Numbered from the stretch's first letter, positions 8,746 through 17,686 are shown. The stretch is 64,000 nt of DNA from a virus (IMGVR_UViG_3300005512_000020:5287-69286), one strand, 5' to 3'. Notes: generated by a model not told the origin, from the sequence alone. A program made the numbers and translations.

Positions 8746-8869
8746 TGGCGGTCCAGGCAGGGGTGAACCCCTGCAATCCTCAAGCTTGTATGACTCGCAC
8801 ATACATCACGGAAGATTGGGTTCCGCACTTAACATTAGACGAAAGCTTGCATATGGAGTTTACCGGACC
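8746..8869 (-). ncRNA. 124-nt tRNA-like RNA ending in encoded CCA, non-canonical
   Basis: GGTCCGG/CTGGACC 7-bp end stem plus G-CCA. GCAGGGG-TTCA-CCCCTGC hairpin abuts it. Internal CAAGCTT/AAGCTTG stem encloses two further hairpins. Starts 7 nt downstream of tRNA-fMet. Confidence 0.72.
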
Positions 8870-8876
8870 ATTAATC

Positions 8877-8952
8877 TGGTAACGGGTGTCGGACTTGAAC
8901 CGACGTTCTTCTGGTTATGAGCCAGACGAGATGACCACTTCTCCAACCCGTA
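8877..8952 (-). tRNA. tRNA-Met(CAT), initiator type
   Basis: 76-nt cloverleaf: D GAGA/TCTC, anticodon TCTGG-CTCATAA-CCAGA, T GTCGG-TTCAAGT-CCGAC, ACCA end. 1:72 mismatch and A11-U24. Confidence 0.93.
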
Positions 8953-9039
8953 AATCAAAGAGCGATACTCCTGAGCCTCCCGCTACGCGGATTCTTTGAC
9001 CCAGGAGTTGCCGACCAGGAACCCCTAATCCTGAGAGGG

Positions 9040-9069
9040 AGACTAAACCGTAACGCCACAGGTAGTCAA
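9040..9069 (-). promoter_or_regulatory. Sigma70-type promoter for the tRNA/ncRNA cluster
   Basis: TTGACT-N18-TAGTCT. Overlaps a partial copy of the 22-bp operator (9050-9071). Confidence 0.55.
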
Positions 9070-9076
9070 ACATTAT

Positions 9077-9544
9077 TTAAGAAAAAAGCAATGGCGATCT
9101 TGATAACAGCCCTGGACTGACTCTGCTTGGTAGTGTCAACCTGGATAGTAGGTTGATATCGGCTTCAAGGAATGCAGCATACACCAGCTCAGAGCAGAAC
9201 CATCGCTTGTTGTCAACATTCCTGCGGCTCATAAACCGGAACACTCCGAAGTAATCATACTTCACCCCGATCTGTTTGATTGCAAAATTCTCAACCACCT
9301 TGCTCTGGTGCTCCGTGAGTCCGTCCACCTCAAAGATACTTACGCCTTTCAGGTCTTTTGGATACTTGCGTCTTACCCCAGGCCCACGGTGCCATGCCTC
9401 AATCAAAGATCCGTCAGGCATCACAATGGCCGCATGACTGTAATCACTCCATGTCTGCCACCGGATAATCGCGGAGATAATCCCTCTCCCACGAAACAGG
9501 GCCACGCGAACCTTCTTGCTTTCACCTAACAGATTTTCATTCAT
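9077..9544 (-). CDS. YiiX/YebB-like permuted NlpC/P60 (papain-like) amidase
   Basis: SAIIRWQTWSDYSHAAIV...KQIGVKYDYFG...WFCSELV (His precedes Cys). Confidence 0.85.
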   Translation of the reverse strand: MNENLLGESKKVRVALFRGRGIISAIIRWQTWSDYSHAAIVMPDGSLIEAWHRGPGVRRKYPKDLKGVSIFEVDGLTEHQSKVVENFAIKQIGVKYDYFGVFRFMSRRNVDNKRWFCSELVYAAFLEADINLLSRLTLPSRVSPGLLSRSPLLFS

Positions 9545-11490
9545 ACCTGCTGGAATTTTACCAGATCCAGAATGTTGTCAAGGCACCCTGGGCCGTATCC
9601 ATTCTTGACCAGTTCGCAGTTCATGTAAGCTTCGTGAGCAGCCTGAAAGCATTCCTCGCTCAAGGGGAATTTAACAGGTGACGGATTAATGGGTGGGCCG
9701 TTAAGCCGCTCGTTCATTAAATCGTTCCACTCAAGACCAGCCCACTTCGCCATTGATTGACAAGCGGATGCCATGTCTTCGTAAAAAAGTAAGAATACTG
9801 AGTCAGGTGCGATGCGGTGTTCATGGTAAACTGTGGATGTAAAGGTTTTCCACCACTCCAATCTTTCCCAAAACGCATCTATGGCTTGGTTGTTGCTTTG
9901 TATTCTATTACAATTCCAGGGGGCATTGCACATACTCCGTATTTGGCGAAATGGATGCCTGATATTTATAATTATCCTAAACTCACTGAAGGCATACAAA
10001 TCTCGAATCATTCTCCACACCAAAACAAAATACCGAAAATCATTAACAGCTTTTACGCCAACGAAATCAAAACACTGAAGCGAGGTTGGGTTCATGACGT
10101 GATCTATGATGGCGCGTGTAGGGTCGGCTATTTTGCTCATACGTATGCATGGGCCTATGTTGTGTCTGCTTCGGGCAGGGTTGACCAACTTGATATCCTC
10201 ATTGTAGTCATCCTCTCCTGTCCACGCTTCAAGTTCCTTCCTATGCTCGACTGACCATGCTCTTGCGTTGTAGTAAGCGTTAGCCAAGTTAGAGAAGAAT
10301 GTGTCAGGGGCGCCGTGCGGCATTGCAACCTTTCCGCTATCAACAAGAACCTGCCTAGTGATAGTTGACCCGGATCTTGGCATGCTTAATATAAACAATT
10401 TCTTAGGGCTCGTAGGTGTTTTGATTGTGTCCATCTGTGTTGCTGTAAGGTGTCGTTGTGAGGTTTTCGCTTTCATCTTAATTCTTTCCGAGTATCTTGA
10501 CGATACTAACTCTAAAAACTGGTCTGACCTAGACGATAAGACTGACTCGCTGATTAACACACCCGAGCACTCGTCGCATATCCCGCACGGATTGCATTCA
10601 TGAATAACTTCAGGCTCCACCTCAATGAATGGATCATGATCAAACCGAGGCCAATTTAATACGCTTAACTTATGACCTCCTCGGTTCATGCACATAATAG
10701 GGATATCGCATGACTGAGAGATTGGCAGAAGCCTGTTTGAGCCCTGTAGGACAACCCCGTCGCAAAGGCTTATAACTGCTTTTGTGTATTTAATCCCATT
10801 CACGCCGCCAAGAGGGAACGCAGGTATCTCACGTAAAGGCGATATAAGGTTCGGGAGAGCGACTTCAGCATCTACAAAGCAAGGGTTAATCTTTTTTTTA
10901 ATCAGATCAAAAACTTTGCGAGCATCTTCGTCGAGCGCACTCCTGGATTGCAGCTGTGTTTGGTGGACATTTCTCCATGTTGAATGAAAAAATATGACAG
11001 GCTTACTGAAATCAATACCATGATGAATCATCCACAGCCTGGCATTCTCCACCATTTCGCCACTTGGTTCAGGCGTGAACAACTTATGCTTCCTGTCACT
11101 TGAATGAACCCACTCAGAAACAGGTCCACTTATTGTCTTCTCGGGATAGTAATAACCTTTTGACCGGAAGCACTCACCGTTGGCTAAATATGTAAAAACA
11201 TCAATCTGATCGTCGTAAGACACGATCATTGGCTCAACCATCGCACTAATGTCCTCATGCGCGTAGCGCATCCATAAACTTTGCAACGCTCTTTTCTGGT
11301 CGAACACGCTATCAGAGAATGTTGACGGATCAATCCATTGGATGTTTTTGATATTACTGAAAAGACTTGGCAATGTATGCCATGTGAAAATTTTGTGATA
11401 CCGTTCCGACAGGTATCTCATCGAGACATTGGTGTAAATGCTATCGCCAATCGCATAATTCCCAACTCTTGTTACAATGCAGTTTTTCAT
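9541..11490 (-). CDS. Glycosyltransferase (GT9-like, GT-B) fused to a sulfotransferase
   Basis: N-terminal TRVGNYAIGDSIY. C-terminal 5'-PSB ILSMPRSGST and 3'-PB NIRHPFRQIRS. Confidence 0.8.
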   Translation of the reverse strand: MKNCIVTRVGNYAIGDSIYTNVSMRYLSERYHKIFTWHTLPSLFSNIKNIQWIDPSTFSDSVFDQKRALQSLWMRYAHEDISAMVEPMIVSYDDQIDVFTYLANGECFRSKGYYYPEKTISGPVSEWVHSSDRKHKLFTPEPSGEMVENARLWMIHHGIDFSKPVIFFHSTWRNVHQTQLQSRSALDEDARKVFDLIKKKINPCFVDAEVALPNLISPLREIPAFPLGGVNGIKYTKAVISLCDGVVLQGSNRLLPISQSCDIPIMCMNRGGHKLSVLNWPRFDHDPFIEVEPEVIHECNPCGICDECSGVLISESVLSSRSDQFLELVSSRYSERIKMKAKTSQRHLTATQMDTIKTPTSPKKLFILSMPRSGSTITRQVLVDSGKVAMPHGAPDTFFSNLANAYYNARAWSVEHRKELEAWTGEDDYNEDIKLVNPARSRHNIGPCIRMSKIADPTRAIIDHVMNPTSLQCFDFVGVKAVNDFRYFVLVWRMIRDLYAFSEFRIIINIRHPFRQIRSMCNAPWNCNRIQSNNQAIDAFWERLEWWKTFTSTVYHEHRIAPDSVFLLFYEDMASACQSMAKWAGLEWNDLMNERLNGPPINPSPVKFPLSEECFQAAHEAYMNCELVKNGYGPGCLDNILDLVKFQQV

Positions 11491-11933
11491 TAAGATTTTC
11501 TCGTGGTCCTTGCAAGAGTCAATTTCGCTCCATGCATCTTTTTTTCAAGGTTCTCAAACAACTTCTTGCCTCCAGCTGTATCTTTGATTGGGTGAAGTGA
11601 GATCATTAGGGATTCTACTTTTGATGGCAGGACATGGTTATCTCTTATAACGCTATTGTGGTCGTCCATGTAATCGGCTGGATCAAAAACATGCAGGGAA
11701 GAACGGGAGATACCTTCTCTCAATTTATCCCTGCGATCAAAGTATTGCTTCGCTTTCTTATTCTGTTCTTCAGTAGCGATCTGGATTTTCTTTGCCTTGA
11801 ATTTTTCAGCCACCTTATCCAGCATTACCCATTCCTCTTCTTCCTGCTCGTCCTCCAGGATTCCTATTTCTGGTTCTTTAGGTATTAGAGGATAGTCTTC
11901 AGTTTTGATTTTCTTTTCTTTTAAGGTCATCAT
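11490..11933 (-). CDS. Hypothetical protein
   Basis: 147 aa charged ORF, coupled to the GT-sulfotransferase start. Confidence 0.6.
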   Translation of the reverse strand: MMTLKEKKIKTEDYPLIPKEPEIGILEDEQEEEEWVMLDKVAEKFKAKKIQIATEEQNKKAKQYFDRRDKLREGISRSSLHVFDPADYMDDHNSVIRDNHVLPSKVESLMISLHPIKDTAGGKKLFENLEKKMHGAKLTLARTTRKS

Positions 11934-12750
11934 TGTGAGCCTTCTCTTTTTTGTTATGAAGCAACTGGCTTCGTTGTAAGTATGCCCTTCGGGGGCTTGC
12001 AGCCCCGCTTCCTGCGGAATCGGCTCCCCGCTTTACATTGTCTTCTTCATTTCTTAATAAGAATCAACAACACCCATACTCGCGCATGCGACTTAGACTC
12101 AACTACTTGTAAGTAGTTATGTGCTTCCTTGAGTCGGGAGATCGGAGCACAGATATCCTTACCCTACCTATTTTGGAGAAGAATACCTGTGGCGGTTAAA
12201 CCGCACAAAACAAACAACTTACGTAGAAATGACTTCCCATCGCCAGTAAGACCGTATGCCCAATCCAGAACGCCCTAGAGCTTTCGCTCCCACTCCTTCG
12301 CTGTCCCAATCATCTAAAGTGATCTCGGATTTCTGAGCCGTAACTCATACTCTCTCCGAAAAGCGGTTCTGTCCTCGATCAGCCACGTTATCTGACCCAT
12401 CCCAGGGCCAAAGTCTCAGACAATAAATAACATGTAGATCGATTACTCACATAAATGTGAGTTGCTGGCTCGGGGTGGCCCTGATCAACCAAAGGGGATG
12501 TGTCATATAAACGACCAGGGTTTCGCTCTACACCAGCGCGAATGCATCGGGATTATGTTTTTTTCAGTCGCCTCAGAGACTCAGGTGCCTTGTTCAGGTC
12601 ATTCACACCTGCCGATATACTTAGCGATGCGCGAAGCATAATTAGAACGGTCGTGGGTCGCCGTGAGGTCTTTATGTGTATCCCCCGAAGTTAAGCGGTT
12701 ACATAACGGGCTCCTTGGATAAGGTTAGGGTCGGTCTTCATTCTGCCGAA

Positions 12751-12778
12751 ATAATACGTGTAGCAGAACGGTAGTCAA
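12751..12778 (-). promoter_or_regulatory. Sigma70-type promoter pointing into the 12 kb non-coding block
   Basis: TTGACT-N16-TATTAT. Begins TTGACTACC, as does the 9069 promoter. Confidence 0.55.
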
Positions 12779-12782
12779 GAAA

Positions 12783-13217
12783 TTAATTGCCGTAGGTGCC
12801 TGTCCACACCTTGATCGTTCGGTCAAGGGTATCAGGCTCGTATCCAGGTATTGCCATGTAATTGCCTTCCTCGATGTTTTTTAACCCCTTCCTGATGGCT
12901 CGCTCTGTTCCTGCGCCGAATCCGCACATGTCCAGTATAACGCCGATACCTGGCCCACTGATGAACTCCACCAGTTCATGAACCTCCGTCACCGAAGTGA
13001 AAGCCATGGGCTTGCGGTATGAGTTGGCGCTGTTCTTGAATCGCTTCCCGATCATGCGGCACTTGGATGTAACCCTTCCTTCCTTCAGGTAACCTGTCCG
13101 GTGAAGGTTAAGGTAATCTCTGAACGACAGGAGGAGAACTGATATCCACAATCTGTATTCACAGTTTGCGATTCGTTCCTCATCTAATTCCTTGTCGGTT
13201 GTCTCAAACCAAAGCAT
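12783..13217 (-). CDS. Hypothetical protein divergent from the structural operon
   Basis: RLWISVLLLSFRDYL... motif. Likely start MLWF at 13217. Confidence 0.6.
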   Translation of the reverse strand: MLWFETTDKELDEERIANCEYRLWISVLLLSFRDYLNLHRTGYLKEGRVTSKCRMIGKRFKNSANSYRKPMAFTSVTEVHELVEFISGPGIGVILDMCGFGAGTERAIRKGLKNIEEGNYMAIPGYEPDTLDRTIKVWTGTYGN

Positions 13218-13232
13218 TGGCTTAATATCCTC

Positions 13233-13270
13233 TTGACTATCAAAAAAAGCAACGCTAAAGTTAGCGTAAC
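13233..13270 (+). promoter_or_regulatory. Structural-operon promoter with 22-bp palindromic operator
   Basis: TTGACT-N17-TAAAGT. GCAAC GCTA AAGT TAGC GTAAC (13249-13270) lies directly before the ATG. Confidence 0.65.
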
Positions 13271-13546
13271 ATGATGGATGAACCAATGGCAGACAAACCG
13301 AAATCAAGCGTTCACCTCAATTACGAGGATAATCAGAAGCTTACAGAGATGTTCTCAGGCGTCGGGCTTGGGGACAAGGTAAGCCTGGTTGTGACCGGAA
13401 AGGTGACCAGACTGGATGAGTATGGTGTTGGGATGCATTTGCTGAAGATCGGTAAATCCGAGGAACCTGAAGATTCTGACGACGATTCCAGTGACTTGCA
13501 GGACGAACCCGTGTTCGCAGACGTGAATGTTTACGAAGAAGCCTGA
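13271..13546 (+). CDS. Small acidic hypothetical protein
   Basis: 91 aa, first gene of the plus-strand operon. Confidence 0.65.
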   Translation: MMDEPMADKPKSSVHLNYEDNQKLTEMFSGVGLGDKVSLVVTGKVTRLDEYGVGMHLLKIGKSEEPEDSDDDSSDLQDEPVFADVNVYEEA

Positions 13547-13898
13547 CCTTGATGGGTTGTGGGGAACGCAGCCGTCACCTTCGGTCAAGTTGCTTGAGAC
13601 AAGATACAAGCGTCTCGGTATTGATCGGTGGACGAATAAACGCATCAAGGGTTTGCTTCGCGCATACAACATCACCCTTGAGGAACTGTGCGCGTTTGCG
13701 GGGCTATTCTTGTCCACGGACATCAAACGCTACTGGAAGAGAGATCAATGGCCCATGCCTGTAGCCCTCCATTTCTCGGTTCTTGAAAGCTTTTGGGCAA
13801 AGAGGGAGGGGCTGCACGAGTTCCTGATAAGGGATCAGGACAGTATGGAGGTGTTCCTCCGAAATGTTTTGACAGGTAAAGATAATGCCAAGCCTTAA
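13527..13898 (+). CDS. Hypothetical protein, possible XRE-type HTH
   Basis: IKGLLRAYNITLEELCAFAGL...IKRYW. Confidence 0.55.
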   Translation: MFTKKPDLDGLWGTQPSPSVKLLETRYKRLGIDRWTNKRIKGLLRAYNITLEELCAFAGLFLSTDIKRYWKRDQWPMPVALHFSVLESFWAKREGLHEFLIRDQDSMEVFLRNVLTGKDNAKP

Positions 13899-16176
13899 AA
13901 TTCTTAAACAGATGGGATCAACGGATGATGTGCTTCGGCAGATCTTCACGGCAAAACCTGTCAGCGTGGAAACCAGTCCCAGCTTGTCGGGAGATGAAGC
14001 GACTCACCTTAACGGCCTGGTAAAGATCCGCGAAAAGTGGGAGCAGAAAATCCAGAGCAGATTAACGCAGCACATGGATTTCTCCCTCAAGAACCACCAC
14101 ATTTATTCTGCGGTGGATGTTGCGTGGGATAGTCCCCCTGTCACCAAGAACCTTGTTCCGCTCCTGCTCTACGCCCAGGGAAGACTTGATCAGAAACAAT
14201 GCGTGAAGAGTCTGGAGAGCTGCCTCGGGAAGGAAGGGTGCGCCAAATTCGTTAAGCGAGACGCTAAAGGCGAGGGGATTATTGATATTCCGAAGTTTGT
14301 TGAGACGCACATGAACCTGGTGCGTTCGTTTGTAACCAGGAGACTGGCAGCGCAGTCAGCCAAATACTCCAATCTTTATCCTTTCTACAAGTATGAACCA
14401 CGCAGCACCCAGCCAGATGATAAGCTGAAGGCTGATGTTCTTTCGCAGCGTGTCGATCAGATGGCTGATGATTACGGATACCGTAATCACGATATTCAGG
14501 TTCTCAGGAATGCGTTGCTTTACGCTTACTCCATTGATTTCATTGCATCCAAGTGGGACATCCAGTATTCGGTGACTGGCGTCAAGATCGATGGGGACAC
14601 TAAGATCAGGCAGACCGAAACATCCGTAGACCGAGAGGGGTTGCAGTGGGTAACGCCACACCCGCTTAGAACTTTTTGGGATAACGCCTCCCCGATCAGC
14701 GCCATTAACACTGGTGATATGGATTATGTCGGTTACTGGGACATAGTCCCTTACCGGAATCTGAAGTATGTCAACGGGTTTTATAACCAGAACGACATCA
14801 CTTATGGCGAGACGTTGATGAACTGGCTAAGTTCTTACGCTGAGTTCTTTAACCTTTACTACTCCAAAACGATTCGTCATGAGCAATTCGTAACGGAAAC
14901 CGACGAGTCAACCACGGGTCAAGCCGCTGATAATGACAGGGCTGGAAACATTGGCCGATACGCCGGTCATATGGATGATGCTGGATGTATCATCGCAACC
15001 TACTTTGAGAAGGTTATCCCCGCCGATGAAGGTTTCGGGGATTATCCTGAACCTGTATGGGTGAGGTTTCTGGTTGCCGGGGAAAAGACAGTGATCCATG
15101 CGGAGTTCCTGCCGTCAACCCCTGCCGCTTACTGCGGATACAACATCAAGGAGGATCGCCAGGTAAACATCAGCTTCGCCCATGAGGTCATGCCATTCCA
15201 GGATCAGATGAGCAACCTGACCACGCAGATGCTCGACCTTGCGAAACGATCCCAGTTTGTAATCTACCAGATCGACGAAGATTTTTTTGACGAAGAACAA
15301 GTTGAAAGTATTCGCTCTAAGATTAACTCCAAGAACTGGGATATGACACCGATGAGTATTTCTGTGTCACGATCAAAGATGCAGGATCTTGGTGTTCAGA
15401 CTGAAAAAGCCGTTCAGATTATCCAGCCTCAAGTGGACCCTAACGGGTTCCAGATCGTTTTCCAGTCGATGACCAACATGATCCAGCTGGCAGAACGGGT
15501 TACAGCCATGTCTGCCAATGAGGTTGGTCAGCCGATTGTTCGCGGCAACGGAGGGGTTACCGCAACGGAAGCGGATCAAATCGGGCAGGCAACGAACAAT
15601 GTTCACGGCATGGTGTCCGACGCCTTTGACGAGTTCAGGGCCGCGAAGAAGCGAATCATTTACGAATCAATCGTTGAATGCCATAGGGGGGACCTGGTTG
15701 TTCCCGTCCTAAGCCGATACCCAAAATCCGTCATTGAGCGAGCCAAGTTCAGCATTATTGGAGACGAGGACGAGGACCGCGTTGGAGGTGATCGCACCGT
15801 ATCGGGCGTCACGGTTATGGGGACACCGGAAAACATTCGGCACAACTATATCTTTACCAGCCGTGACGGGTCAGAGAGATCTAACAACATCAATGCAGCA
15901 AATGCGTTGATTGCGCTGTTCGGTGTTATTAAAGACCCAATGATCCTGGAGGCAGTCGGCAAGGAGAAGCTTTTTGAGATGCTTAACGCGGTGTTCCGCA
16001 TGATGGACGCGGGGGTTGACTTGAACCTGGAGGTTCAACCCGGGGAAGAGGGATTCATTAACCAATCCGATGAAATCATTGGAGCTATTGAGAAGTTAAG
16101 TCAGTTGGTTCAAGTGAACCAGCAGGAGATCCAGGCACTTAAACAACCGCAAGCTGAGCCTCAGCCAGCGGCTTAA
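13885..16176 (+). CDS. Portal protein
   Basis: 763 aa, precedes scaffold and capsid. Portal-like segments (VTPHPLRTFWD, FQDQMSNLTTQMLD, GVTATEA). Confidence 0.75.
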   Translation: MPSLKILKQMGSTDDVLRQIFTAKPVSVETSPSLSGDEATHLNGLVKIREKWEQKIQSRLTQHMDFSLKNHHIYSAVDVAWDSPPVTKNLVPLLLYAQGRLDQKQCVKSLESCLGKEGCAKFVKRDAKGEGIIDIPKFVETHMNLVRSFVTRRLAAQSAKYSNLYPFYKYEPRSTQPDDKLKADVLSQRVDQMADDYGYRNHDIQVLRNALLYAYSIDFIASKWDIQYSVTGVKIDGDTKIRQTETSVDREGLQWVTPHPLRTFWDNASPISAINTGDMDYVGYWDIVPYRNLKYVNGFYNQNDITYGETLMNWLSSYAEFFNLYYSKTIRHEQFVTETDESTTGQAADNDRAGNIGRYAGHMDDAGCIIATYFEKVIPADEGFGDYPEPVWVRFLVAGEKTVIHAEFLPSTPAAYCGYNIKEDRQVNISFAHEVMPFQDQMSNLTTQMLDLAKRSQFVIYQIDEDFFDEEQVESIRSKINSKNWDMTPMSISVSRSKMQDLGVQTEKAVQIIQPQVDPNGFQIVFQSMTNMIQLAERVTAMSANEVGQPIVRGNGGVTATEADQIGQATNNVHGMVSDAFDEFRAAKKRIIYESIVECHRGDLVVPVLSRYPKSVIERAKFSIIGDEDEDRVGGDRTVSGVTVMGTPENIRHNYIFTSRDGSERSNNINAANALIALFGVIKDPMILEAVGKEKLFEMLNAVFRMMDAGVDLNLEVQPGEEGFINQSDEIIGAIEKLSQLVQVNQQEIQALKQPQAEPQPAA

Positions 16177-16193
16177 ACCCACAATATACACAC

Positions 16194-17660
16194 ATGGACC
16201 AAGAAGACAATAAGGACAAAAACCAACAAGGTAACGTTGACGAGCATCATAACGCAGATCAAAACCAAGAGGAACAAGAGGTCACAAACCTCGCGGATGA
16301 TCCCGTTCTTGGTGACATGATCAGCCGACTGACGGGAACGACACCGAAAGCCCCCGAAGTGAAACCTGCCACAGAAGACGATGGCGGCGATAGCGACGAG
16401 GAGGAAGGCCGGGAAAGTGATTCCACTCAAGATCAGGAAGATGACGATAAGCTGAAGGTTGTTAAGCCAGCGAAATCGTTGCAGCAACAGGTGCAAGAGG
16501 AGTTGGCTCGTATTGATGAAGAAAACAAATCTTCTGCCCAACATCAAAAACCAGCCACCCCAAAACCGGAAGCGCAACCAAAGGAGTCAGGAGACATTGA
16601 CTCTATTGATATTGACGGGCTTTCAGACGATGAGCAGGATTATTTGGATCTCCTGAAATACGGCGCAAAGAAGGCAGGACATCAATACGCTGATCACCTG
16701 AAGAAATTTGTGGCGTTCGCAAAGAAGCGTAACGAACTTAAAGAGCGACTCCAGAATGAAGACCCTGATTCAGATATCGATGACAATGATCAGCTGAAGA
16801 ATTTCACGCGCAAGAACATGGCGGTGATTCCTAAGAAGGAGATCCGCGCCATCCAGCGCATGCAGGTCCGCGAGGAAGTTGAGTCTGAGCTTGCCAAGAA
16901 GTATGACGACAAGATCAAGGACATCGATACTCGGGTCAAGCAATCCGAGATAGCCCCGAAGGTTGAGGCTGAATCTAGCAGGTTCTCGCAATCACTGAGC
17001 AAGATTGCCATGAACAAGGAAGCGTTTGGCGGCGATGACACCATTCCGTCCATTCTGAAGGCCATGACGGAAAAGGGGGTCGAAGCTGTCCAAGAAGAGA
17101 ATCCGTTGTTTTCACAGATTGTCACATCATCTTTTCAGGAAGCATCCAAAGCTGCCAAGGAGCTGGTGAAGCTTACGCGATTCGGCGAGAACGGAATCAA
17201 CGTTTTCAAGGAAGATGATCCGACACACAATTGGCTGGTTGACTTCATCACACAGCAAGACCAGGTCTTCGCAGAGAAAGGCGGAGCCAAGCGTGTGCGA
17301 GACGGAAAACAGTTTGTTACACAGCAGGTATGGACACAGCTCCCCCAAGCGGAACGATCCAAGAAATGGACATTCTCATTGGATGACAGGTTGCGCCATA
17401 TCCAAGCCAACGCTGTGATGCAAATGCGAAGAAACGTGGAGAATCTGCGCCAAGGACTTGAAAAGGCAGGGTTCACCAAGAAGCAGATCGATCAGCAAAT
17501 TGCTTCACAAGCCGCGAAAAAGGACAACACGCCAGCTTCGCCGAAGGTAAAACAGACGATACCCCCAGGAACGTCCACCACAGAGAAACCATCTGAGCCT
17601 CAAAAGGTTTTGAGCCCCGACGAATTCGCTGCCTTGGGACTCCCTGCTATTTCTTCTTGA
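16194..17660 (+). CDS. Capsid assembly scaffolding protein
   Basis: Acidic low-complexity N-terminus, coiled coil, between portal and capsid. Confidence 0.65.
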   Translation: MDQEDNKDKNQQGNVDEHHNADQNQEEQEVTNLADDPVLGDMISRLTGTTPKAPEVKPATEDDGGDSDEEEGRESDSTQDQEDDDKLKVVKPAKSLQQQVQEELARIDEENKSSAQHQKPATPKPEAQPKESGDIDSIDIDGLSDDEQDYLDLLKYGAKKAGHQYADHLKKFVAFAKKRNELKERLQNEDPDSDIDDNDQLKNFTRKNMAVIPKKEIRAIQRMQVREEVESELAKKYDDKIKDIDTRVKQSEIAPKVEAESSRFSQSLSKIAMNKEAFGGDDTIPSILKAMTEKGVEAVQEENPLFSQIVTSSFQEASKAAKELVKLTRFGENGINVFKEDDPTHNWLVDFITQQDQVFAEKGGAKRVRDGKQFVTQQVWTQLPQAERSKKWTFSLDDRLRHIQANAVMQMRRNVENLRQGLEKAGFTKKQIDQQIASQAAKKDNTPASPKVKQTIPPGTSTTEKPSEPQKVLSPDEFAALGLPAISS

Positions 17661-17686
17661 TACCTCATCAAGCAGTCACAGCAGGC

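Noticed and set aside
8746-8869. tmRNA or a standard tRNA-Ser/Sec
   Set aside because: No G3-U70, far too short for tmRNA and no tag ORF. No D stem and no canonical U33 anticodon loop.
10892-10899. A_AAA_AAG slippery site in the GT-sulfotransferase gene
   Set aside because: A shift would cut within the GT domain, and I found no stimulatory structure or useful alternative frame.
12335-12369. Group II intron domain V look-alike (GAGCCG...CGGTTC)
   Set aside because: The inner stem and catalytic bulge are missing, there is no domain VI or RT gene, and no interrupted gene flanks it.
12560-12745. Read-through ORF suggesting stop-codon reassignment
   Set aside because: It needs TAA read-through, and all clear genes in the window translate fully with the standard code.
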